From NCBI RefSeq assembly GCF_004010195.1, contig NC_057754.1:10800345-10857383 (forward strand): a stretch of DNA of 57,039 nt, read 5' to 3'. Below the pieces are notes generated by a model that had not been told where the DNA came from, did not search any database, and saw only the letters and a program-made list of their open reading frames with translations. Every line of letters begins with the position of its first letter. Positions within the stretch are counted from its first letter, which is position 1. Of the stretch, positions 38,401 to 48,654 are shown one piece after another. The stretch comes from Chiloscyllium plagiosum (taxonomy: Eukaryota). A program made the translations under genes and the position numbers.

Positions 38401-39210
38401 AATTCACCTGACCTGCACATCTTTGGACTGTGGGAGGAAACCGGAGCACCCGGAGGAAACCCACGCAGACACAGGGAGAACGTGCAAACTCCACACAGTC
38501 AATCGCCTGAGGCGGGAATTGAACCCGGGTCTCTGGCGCTGTGAGGCAGCAGTGCTAACCACTGTGCCACCGTGCCACCCACATAAGTTCCATCGGATTT
38601 CCGCACTGGTAGAATTGGGGTATTATAAGGAGACATACATGGCTCCAATAGTCCCTCTCTAATCAGTCTCTCAATTACTGGCTGCAGTCCTTGTTTACCT
38701 TCTATGGAAATGGGATATTGTCGCTCACAGACAACATCCCCTTTCCTTTTTAAAAACTTATTTCTAGGGGAGGGATCTGTAGTTTTCCACGATTCCCTTC
38801 TCTAGCCCATACAATAGGGTCTATCTCTCTCTCTCTACATCCTCTGTCAACATTACTATTTGTACAACTATTTCTTTTTCCTGAATTCCAATCTCCAGTC
38901 CTAAGAGGATAATTAAATCTCTCCCTAGTAAGTTACTTCCTGTATCAAGGATATACAACAGTTCCCCTGTGACTCTATCCTTAGGACCTTCTATTATCAT
39001 AGGTTCAAATACTGGAACAGTAAATCCTTCCCCTTTTACCCCGAAACAGTAATTGACTGTGTTGATATTCCTACTTTCTTTGGTTTAAAATTCAGTGATG
39101 ACTGTACTGCCCCCGTATCTACTAAGAAGACAACCTCTTCCCTACAGGGTCCCACCTTCAAGTTCATCAAGGGTTCCCAGTGGGTCCCCGGGGGCAGGAA
39201 CCCGACACCC
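35401..39210 (-). pseudogene. pol: ERV pro-pol (protease, RT, RNase H, integrase), disrupted
   Basis: [34 protein letters not shown]...HQKG; QVDYTELP...SDQGIHF...WHPPSSGRVERMNQTLK; WEGP. Confidence 0.95.
38263..38582 (-). mobile_element. HE1-type SINE inserted in the ERV RT
   Basis: TSD ATAAG at 38258-38262 and 38583-38587. Excision restores KSDGTYQLVQDLRTLN. Confidence 0.92.
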
Positions 39211-40540
39211 CTATTCTTCATCAAAATTCATTCACGGAATTGCCCTTTCTTCCCTTTGTAGATCAGGACACTCCCGCTTAAAATGCCCTATCTTTCCGCA
39301 ATAATAGCATCCTGCCTGTGGAGACTTCCATCTCTGCCCCTGTCGCCCGAACCCTCTATCAAATGCTTCCCCTTGTCCTCTCCCTCTCCCTCTCTGTCCT
39401 ACATGCTGCCACCCACCGCTCCGGTTGCTCACTATTGGTTCCATTCTTTTCTTAACTACATCATCAACCATAGCTACCATCATTTTTGCCTTCTGTTTTT
39501 GTCTCTCATCCTCTCTCTTTACAAACACTTTCTGCGCCTCTCTTAACAATTCATCTAATGGTTTTTTGCTCCACTCTTCTATCTTCTGTATCTTTCTCTG
39601 TGTGTCTGGCCATGCCTTTGTCACAAAATGTACTTTCAAAAGACCCTGTGTCACTGGTTCATTCCAGAGTATTTTTGCATTGAGTCTCTTAAACCTTTGC
39701 AAGAAAGCTGAGAGAGTCTCATCTTTCTCCTGTCTAACTTCACAGGCTCTAGTCAAATTCTGTGACTTTGGAACTGCCTCTTTTATTCCTTTTAGAATCA
39801 GGTCTTTCAATTCCTTCATTTCTTCTCGATGCTCCGAGTTTTGATTTTCCCACTGGGGGTCTCTGAGGGGAAACTTCGTCTCTCCCTGTCCAGCGTCCTC
39901 ATCCCCAATTGGATGTTCCCTGTCCCATATTTTAATGGCTGCTGCTCGTACAAGTCCCCTTTCTTCCCCAGTAAATAGTATATTCAAAACTCAGTCCATT
40001 AACTCAGTCCATGTACACAGACTGGGCCCCAAAAATTGATCAATTTGTTCAGACAGCCCTACCGGATCCTCAACTAGGACCTTCATCTCCTTTTTAAAAT
40101 GTTCTGACCTCCCCACTGCTGAGGGGGGCACTTACAAACCCAATCTCTTTGTCCCTTATTGGTACCTACCGAAGGGGATAAGTCTTTACGTTCTTCCCCT
40201 TTTTTTGTTTTTGTTTTTCCCCCTTCGGCTTTGGTTTAGATACTCCGGAGGCCTCCACTACATCTACTTTATCTTCCCTTTCTTTTGTTGAGGATTGAGG
40301 GTCGAGAACAACAACATCTCCGTCCACCGCCCCTTCGTCCTCCTCTTGTGGGTCATCTGTTCCCTGTCCCTGTCTGTCTGTCTCTCCTCCTCCCCCATTT
40401 TCACCTAATCTGATTATATGGTATGGGGTGGTGGGGGGGAAGCAGCCAAGAGGATCCCAGGGACTGGGTGGGGCAGAGGGGGAATCCTTTGTCTTTACTA
40501 CCATCATTCCCAAACTGCCCTTCCAACAGGACGCATAGTC
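39211..40540 (-). pseudogene. gag: ERV gag (p12-like, CA, NC), 5' part missing
   Basis: YPLR, MHR-like VRQEKDETLSAFLQR, CYYCGKIGHFKREC knuckle. Ends IP*MNFDEE-TAG. Confidence 0.92.
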
Positions 40541-40544
40541 CGCC

Positions 40545-41523
40545 TCCAGTGTTCGAGGTGAGCTGCTGGGATGGATTGAGGATTGGCTGTCTAACAGAAG
40601 GCAGAGTTGGGATAAAAGGTTCTTTTTNNNNNNNNNNNNNNNNNNNNNNNNNNNNNNNNNNNNNNNNNNNNNNNNNNNNNNNNNNNNNNNNNNNNNNNNN
40701 NNNNNNNNNNNNNNNNNNNNNNNNNNNNNNNNNNNNNNNNNNNNNNNNNNNNNNNNNNNNNNNNNNNNNNNNNNNNNNNNNNNNNNNNNNNNNNNNNNNN
40801 NNNNNNNNNNNNNNNNNNNNNNNNNNNNNNNNNNNNNNNNNNNNNNNNNNNNNNNNNNNNNNNNNNNNNNNNNNNNNNNNNNNNNNNNNNNNNNNNNNNN
40901 NNNNNNNNNNNNNNNNNNNNNNNNNNNNNNNNNNNNNNNNNNNNNNNNNNNNNNNNNNNNNNNNNNNNNNNNNNNNNNNNNNNNNNNNNNNNNNNNNNNN
41001 NNNNNNNNNNNNNNNNNNNNNNNNNNNNNNNNNNNNNNNNNNNNNNNNNNNNNNNNNNNNNNNNNNNNNNNNNNNNNNNNNNNNNNNNNNNNNNNNNNNN
41101 NNNNNNNNNNNNNNNNNNNNNNNNNNNNNNNNNNNNNNNNNNNNNNNNNNNNNNNNNNNNNNNNNNNNNNNNNNNNNNNNNNNNNNNNNNNNNNNNNNNN
41201 NNNNNNNNNNNNNNNNNNNNNNNNNNNNNNNNNNNNNNNNNNNNNNNNNNNNNNNNNNNNNNNNNNNNNNNNNNNNNNNNNNNNNNNNNNNNNNNNNNNN
41301 NNNNNNNNNNNNNNNNNNNNNNNNNNNNNNNNNNNNNNNNNNNNNNNNNNNNNNNNNNNNNNNNNNNNNNNNNNNNNNNNGATTCTTGTTGTCTAGAGGA
41401 ATTAAGGGCTACGGGGAGAACGCTGGTAAGTGGAGCTGAAATGCGCATCAGCCATGATTGAATGGCGGAGTGGACTCGATGGGCCGAATGGCCTTACTTC
41501 CACTCCTATGTCTTATGGTCTTA
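40545..41523 (+). mobile_element. 5'-truncated CR1 LINE spanning N-gap 40628-41380
   Basis: Left of gap: ELLGW...RVGIKGSF. Right of gap: FLLSRGIKGYGE plus ATGGGCCGAATGGCCT...TCTTATGGTCTTAT tail. Confidence 0.75.
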
Positions 41524-41695
41524 TTCTTGTATGCACATTTTAGCTAATACAAATTAATTATATATTTCCTTCACACAGTTTTCATTCTTGTTGACTCAGC
41601 TCTTGGTTGAAACAATTACACATGGGATTGAGTTCATTTACCTTGCATAAGTAATTATGATTGCAGAAGTAACACTACTTTATCTATATCCCACA
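41523..41695 (-). repeat. ERV 5' LTR remnant (U3 start only)
   Basis: Aligns with ~33265-33423, ending at the same TATCCCACA terminus. Confidence 0.88.
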
Positions 41696-42071
41696 CAACC
41701 TATGGCATCGTCAGCTAACTTGGCTACATTAGAGTCAGTTCCTTTGTCATTGAGAACCAGTGCAATACATTAGAATTGCAAGCAAGGTGATGGAATAAAA
41801 GGGACAATTACAACATGGACACAGAATTTTGGCAGTAATGTGAAACAGAGAATAATGGTTAATGGAAGTTCACCAAGCCAATGGAAGTTTTATATCACAA
41901 CTTTCCAAAGGTGCCTTGTTTTCTTGAAATATTTTGATTAAACTTGGTGTACAGAGCAATTTGAATGGTGAAAGATAATATGAATCCGGAAAATGCTGTG
42001 AACTATTTTCCTGCGGCAATCTTCCTAGCAATATCTTGATCAATCAAGTACAAACGTACTTGCCAACCAAT

Positions 42072-43190
42072 TGTGAGATATAGGTAAATTAATGTTTCTT
42101 CTGCAGTTCTGTAATTCTGCAATTACTTTGTATCAGAAATTATAAATGAACTCATACCAGTGTGTAATTGTTTCAGCCAAGAGCTGAGTCAACAAAAATG
42201 GAAACTATGTGAAGGAAATATATAATTGTTTTTGTATTAGCTAAAATGGTATGCCAGCGTGAAACGTGATTGCAAAACAATGGTAGATATTATGGGCAAA
42301 TAGATAAGATGTTGTGAGGGGATGCAGTCAAGCTAGAAAGCCTGTACAAACAGTAGGTTTCCCACTTTTACAGAGACTCAGGAACAAACCCTAATTAAAG
42401 AGGTCATAAAGATTAGAGTGGTCTCAGGAGAAGCCCAGATGGAAAGAGTAGATAATGATGAAGAAAGAATATGCCTAACAATGCCTGCAGTGGGATGAGG
42501 TCAAACAGCCTTGTGAGGCCAGAAATAAGCATTTTGTCACAGACAAGGCCGGATAAGATAAGAGATAAGCAGGAGTGGTGGGACAATTTTTAGGGAAATG
42601 GAGGATGTAAACAGGCGGAGAAACAATGAAATAAGAAAAAAATATGTAAGAACCAAATTATATAAATATCAAGAATTTGTTGAATTTGGTGTGTTTTGTC
42701 CTCTGCAAGTGTAAAAATAAAGGACACTACTGATTCAGATTTTGTCTCGGACTGCAATTATTTAAGTGTGTGAGCTTTGTTTCTCACAATTGGGGGCTGT
42801 CCGGGATCTTCTTCCATCGCCGGGGGGAGTGGCTGGCCTTGGACACTGGGAAGATGCGTCCCGTTCCCAATTGAGGAGCGGTCTCGTGTCCTGGTTTGGT
42901 CCGCTCCCTTGGCCGACTGGTACGGATCCCACAAGAGAGACATCTGAATCAGACAATGATAGGAGCTCAATAGAAAATATGGCTACAAGGGGCCAGGCAA
43001 CTCTGTGCACAGACCAAAGTAAGAAAATTGACTTTTAAGTATTGCCTTGGTGGCCGGGATTGAGTTTTAGTAGTTAATAAGGGACTAACGAAGGAACTCA
43101 ATATGGGTTTTGCCGTGGGTAAGGAAAAAGCCTCCGGGAAAACAAAAGAAGAAAAAGGCAATGGAAATGGAGGCGGGGTCCCTTACAACA
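42072..43190 (+). mobile_element. Second, related ERV: full LTR (42072-42788), tRNA-Pro PBS (42791-42807) and leader, then truncated
   Basis: TGTGAGATA...TTTCTCACA. Ends are homologous to the reverse complement of the 32795-33423 LTR. TGGGGGCT-GTCCGGGAT is the tRNA-Pro PBS lacking one C. Confidence 0.85.
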
Positions 43191-43529
43191 TGGCAAAATA
43201 CTTCTACCTTCCACATGCCAATAAAGTCTTTAGATCATCATGGTGTCCTGTTAAATCCCCTTGAACAGTGAACGTTAGATAAGAGGCCATTTAATTCAAA
43301 TAAAGAAATGTGCCCAAGCTGGGATTGCAAAATATGTCAATACCTTTTCGAAACAGGCATTCTCAAACCAAACTTTCCAAAGCCTATTCCCTCACTGGAT
43401 TAATTGCCGTCAGCTGCTGTGAGCGAAGTTTTCCTCCGAGGATGAGAAATTGCTGCGCCTGTAACAATATTGTTACATCTCAGATGTTGCACAGAGGCGG
43501 AAGTTTGGGTGAAGCTTATCGGACAACTT

Positions 43530-43800
43530 CGGCATTGGTCCGTCCGACAATAGGGCTGGGGAATGTCTGAAGCAGCCAATAGGAATCGCTGTGTTCGGCT
43601 GTGACGTTCTCGGATTCCAAGCTGCATCCCAAGCGCGCAGGCACAGGAGGCCCCTCCCCCATCTGTTTTCCCCGCCCCCTTGTGCAGCGATGGTTTCCAG
43701 GGCAACTGGCCGCCGCCTCGGCCCGCTTCCCCTCCTTCCCCTGCCCAGACCCAGCCCAGGGGTTGCAGGATGGGTGGGAACTTTGCAAAATCTCCTCGGT
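43530..43800. promoter_or_regulatory. CpG-rich promoter-like island
   Basis: CpG/GC rich, with AGCCAATAG, TGACGT and CCCGCCCC motifs. Orientation not resolved. Confidence 0.45.
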
Positions 43801-43919
43801 TTATTTCCTCCCAAGTTACACAGTTTGATTTCAGTTAAAAATCACACACCACGTTATAGTCCAAAGCTTTATTTGGAAGAAACAGCTTTCGAAGCACTGT
43901 TTCATCATCAGGTGAACGA

Positions 43920-46592
43920 AGAAAATTACAGCACAGGGACAGGCCCTTCGGCCCTCCTCGCCTGCGCCAATCCGGATCCTCTATCTAAACCTGTTACCTA
44001 CTTTCTAAGGGTCTGTATCCCTCTGTTCCCTGCCCATTCATGTATCTATTCTCCGCTGGCAATGCATTCCAGGCACCCACCACCCTCTGCATGAAGAACT
44101 ATCCCCGTATATGTCCCCTAAACGTTTCCCCTCTCACTTTGAACTTGTGATCTCTAGTAATTGAGCCCCCTACTCTCAGGAAAAAGTTTCTTGCCATCCA
44201 TTCTATCTGTACCTCTCATAATTTTGTAGACTTCAATCAGGTTCCCCCTCACCCTCTGTCTTTTTAATGAAAATAATCCGCATCTACTCAATCTCTCTTC
44301 ATAGGTAGTGTCCTCCATATCAGGCAACATCCTGATGAACCTCCTCTGCACCGTCTCCAAAGCATCCACATCCTTTTGGTAATGAGTCAACCAGAACTGT
44401 ACACATTATTCCAAATGTGGGTGAATCAAAGACCTATACAACTGAAACATGACTTGCCAACTCTTGTACTCAATACCACATCCAATGAAGGAAAACATAC
44501 TGAATGCTTGCTTGACCAGTCTATTGACCTGTATTGTCACCTTCAGGGTACAAGGGACCTGAACACCCAGATCTCTCTGTACATCAATTTTCCCCAGGAC
44601 TTTTCCATTTACTGTACAGTTCGCTCTTGAATTGGATCTTCCAAAATCTTGCATTTATCCAGATTGCACTCCCACCTGCCATTTGTCTGCCCAACTCTCC
44701 AATCTATCTATATTCTGCTGTATTCTCTGACAGTCCCCTTTACTATCTGCTAATCCACGAACCTTGTGATATCCATCCTTCCTCCAGATCTTTTATGTAT
44801 ATCACAAACAACAGTGGTCCCAGCACGGATCCCTGTGGAACACCACTGGTCACAGGTCTCCATTTTGAGAAACCCTCACCACTACTCTCTGTCTCCTGTT
44901 GCCCAGCCAGTTCTCTGTCCATCTAGGTAGTACACCCTGGACCCCATGCGACTTCACTGTCTCCATCAGCCTTCCATGGGGAACCTTATCAAACACCAAC
45001 TGAAGTCCATGTATATAACAACTTCAGCCCTTCCCTCATCAATAAACTTTGTCATGTCCTTAAAGAATTCTATTAAGTTGATAAGGCATAACTTTCCCTG
45101 CACAAACCATGTTGCCTATCACTGATAAGCCCATTTTCTTCCAAAATGGGAATTGATCCTATCCGTCAGTATCTTCTCCAACAGTTTCCCTAACACTGAC
45201 GTCAGGCTCACCAGTCTATAATTACCTGGATTATCCCTGCTACCCTTCTTAAACAATGGGACAACATTAGCAATTCTCCAGTCCTCTGGGACTTTACCTG
45301 TGTTCAAGGATGCTGCAAAGATATCTGTTAAGGCCCCAGCTATTTCCTCTCTTGCTTCCCTCAGTAACTTGGGATAGATCCCTGGGAATTTGTCCACCTT
45401 AATGCCTTTTAGACACTTCCTCCCTCCTTATGCTGATTTGATCTAGAGTAATAAAATAGCTATCCCTAACCTCAACATCTGCCATGTCCCTCACCTCAGT
45501 GAACACCAATGCAAAGTACTCATTACAAATCTCACTCATTTTCTCTGACTCCACGCATAACTTTCCTCCTTTGTCCATGAGTGGGCCAACTCTTTCTCTA
45601 GTTACCCTCTTGCTCCTTATATATGAAGAAAAGGCTTTAGGATTCTCCTTAACTCTTGTTTGTTAAAGATATCTCACCACCCCTTTCAGCCCTCTTAATT
45701 CATCATTTCAGATTGGTCCCAATATTCTTCCAAAACTTCATCTGTCTTCAGTTGCCTAGACCTTTTTCCTCTTAGCTCATCTCACAATTTCATCTGTCGT
45801 CCATGGTTCCCTAATCTTGCCATTTCTATCCCTTATTTTCACAGGAGCATGTATTTTCTGCACTCTAATCAACCTTCCTTTAAAAGCCTCCCACATAACA
45901 AATGTGGATTTACCTTCAAACAGCTGCTCCCAGTCCACATTCCCCAGCTCCTGCCGAATTTTGGTATAGTTGGCCTTCCCCCAATTTAGCACTCTTCCTT
46001 TCTGACCACTCATGTCTTTGTCCATGAGTATTCTAAAACTTATGGAATTGTGATCACTATTTCCAAAGTAATCCCCAAATGAAACTTCAACCACCTGGCT
46101 GGGCTCATTACCCAACACCAGGTCCAGTATGGCCCCTTCCCAAGTTGAGCTATTTACATACTGCTTTGGAAAACTCTCCTAGATGCTCCATACAAATTCT
46201 GCTCCATCTCGACCTCTAACAATAAGTGAATTCCAATTAATGTTGGGAAAATTAAAATCTCCTGTCATCACCACCCTGTTGCTCCTGCATCTTTCCAAAA
46301 TCTGTTTACATATATTTGTACCTTTATCTCATGCTCGCTGTAGGGAGGCCTATAGTACAGCCCTAACATTGTTACCACACCCTTCCTATTTCTGAGCTCT
46401 GCCCATATTACCTCACTGCTCGATTCTTCTGTAGTGCTCTCCTTCAGCACAAATGTGATATCCTCTCTGACCAGTAATGCAACTCCACCATTCCTTTTAC
46501 CTCCCTCTCTATCCCATCTGATGCATCAATATCCTGGGATATTTTGTTGCCAATGATGCCGTTCCCTCAACCAAGTCTCAGTAATGGCAATG
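43920..46592 (-). mobile_element. Long degraded CR1 LINE ORF2 (APE to RT to tail)
   Basis: [75 protein letters not shown]. Confidence 0.92.
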
Positions 46593-46749
46593 GTGCCTGT
46601 CTCGTAAATAGGAGATTCTGAGGTCAAATCTTGATGTTGCATGTCCTGTACATTGAAAGCCACCTTGTGCCTTTTTTGTGCTGTATATAGTAACAATAAA
46701 GGTCATATTTTGAGTCTTCTTCAATTACTCTGACTTTCATAGATAGATA

Positions 46750-48044
46750 TGAGTTCTATCAGAAGGGTCTCCCCAGTATGAACACGCTGGTGTGCCATGA
46801 GATGAAGTTTCTGAGTGAATTCCTTTCCACACTCACAACAGGTAAGTGGTCTCTCTCCATTGTGCGTCCTCTGGCGTGCACTGAGTTGAGATGACCATAT
46901 AAACATGGATCCACAGTGAGAGCACCTGAATGGTCTATTATCAGTGTGAACACATTGATGTGACTTCAGTTCCCCTGAGCTTTTATAACATTTCCCACAA
47001 TCTGAACATTTGAAAGATCTCTCCTCAAGTGTGAACACACTGGTGTGCCTTGAGTCAATGCATCCCTGGCCACATTCAGACCAAGTAAATGGCCTTTCTC
47101 TAGTGCGAAAACACTGTGTCTAGTGAGTTGTGATGATTTTCTAAACCCAAACCACAGTGAGAGCACCTGAACATGTAAATAGGTCGATGGAGCATCAGTT
47201 CCATGGCATGTTTAAAGCACTTCCTGCAGCATGAACATTTAAAAGATCTCTCAGTGTGAACACGTTGATGGAACTGCAGATGGCTGGAACTTTTAAAGCA
47301 CTTTTCACAGTCTGAACATTTAAACGGTCTCTTCACAGTATGAACCTGGTGTGCCTTGAGGTCATGCGACCGAATAAAGCCAATTTCACAGTCAGGGTAG
47401 ATGAATGGCCTCTCCCCAGTGTGCATGTCCTACTTGACAGTGAGGTGAGATGACCACTTGAAGCCAGCTCCAGAATCAAGAGTATCTGAACCATCTCTCC
47501 TCAGTGTGAACATGCTGATGTGACATCAGTGACATTAGAACTTTTGAAGCACTTCCCACAGTCCGTATGTTTAAAAGGTATCTCCTCAGTGTGAACCTGC
47601 TAGTGTTCCTTGAGGAGGGGTGATTGAGTGAATCGACAGGTGTATGGCCTCTTCCCAGAATGAATGCACAGGTGAACAGTGAGTTTAGATGACCACTTGA
47701 AGACAGCCCCACAGTCAAACCATCTGAACCGTCTCTCCGCAGTGTGAACATGCCGATGTGACATCAGGTTACTGGAACTTTCAAAGCACTTCCCACAGTC
47801 TATGCATTTAAAAGGTTGCTCCCCAGTGTGAAGTTGCTCATGTATGAGTAGGGTTGATAACTGGGTGAATCCCTTTCCACAACGGGACCAGATGAACAGC
47901 CTCTCCCCAGCGTGAACACATTGGTAAATGTTCAGTGCAGAGCTGTGACTGAATCTTTTCTCAAGATCCTCGAATTTCTATGATTTCTCCCCAGTTGAAC
48001 TGCATTTGTGCTTCTTGAGGCCATTTGATTGGCTCAAGCCTTTT
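46750..48044 (-). pseudogene. Decayed C2H2 ZNF array (unit F), 5' end cut by insertions
   Basis: [35 protein letters not shown] and CSDCEKCFKSSSHLQFHQRVHT, with multiple frameshifts. Confidence 0.88.
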
Positions 48045-48650
48045 AGAGTCATAGAGATGTACAGCACAGGAACGGACCCTTCAGTCCAACTCGTCCATGC
48101 CGACCAGATATCCCATCCTAATCTAGTCCCATTTGCCAACACTTGGCCCATATCCCTCTGAACCCTTCCGTTTCATATACCATCTAATTGTACCAGCCTC
48201 CACCACTTCCTCTGGCAGCTCATTCCATACACACACCACCCTCTGCATGAAAAAAATTGCCCCTTAGGTCTCTTTTATATATTTCCCCTCGTATCCTAAA
48301 CTGATGTCCTCTGGTTCTGGACTCCTCCACTCCAGGGAAAATACATTGTCTATTCTTTCGATCACTCCTGTCTATACCTTCTTTTTCCTTCTTTTTCTTA
48401 ACCAAAACCTTAATTTCTCTAGTGATTCAGCATTCCCTACATCCTTCCTTTCTTTTCACCCTAACAGGAATATACTGTGTCTGGACTCTCATTATCCCAT
48501 TTTCCAACCATCCCCTTCCCTGCAAATATCTGCCCTCAACCAGCTTTTGAAATTCTTGCCTAATACTGTCAAAATTAGCCATCCTCCAATTTAGAACTTC
48601 AACTTTCAGGTCCTGTCTATCCTTTTCCATCACTATTTTAAAACATATAT
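48045..48650 (-). mobile_element. Internally deleted CR1 LINE fragment
   Basis: Tail and TRGHQFRIRG...RGNFF, plus KDRQDLKVEVLNWRMANFD (homologous to the 7170-8216 ORF). Confidence 0.85.
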
Positions 48651-48654
48651 AAAT

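Larger units (their letters stand above)
32795..41695 (-). mobile_element. Defective class I (gamma-like, HERV-I-related) endogenous retrovirus provirus
   Basis: 3' LTR, PPT, env, IN, RNase H, RT (YVDD), protease (DTGA), gag with one CCHC knuckle, partial 5' LTR. Flanks CTAC / CAAC are a probable 4-bp TSD with 1 mismatch. Confidence 0.93.

Noticed and set aside
40423..41448. 338-aa and 285-aa ORFs
   Set aside because: Artefacts of translating through the N-gap. The same applies to ORFs over 24041-24409.
43102..43270. MGFAVGKEK... as a myristoylated gag start for the second ERV
   Set aside because: Short, with no recognisable matrix motifs downstream. Cannot be supported.
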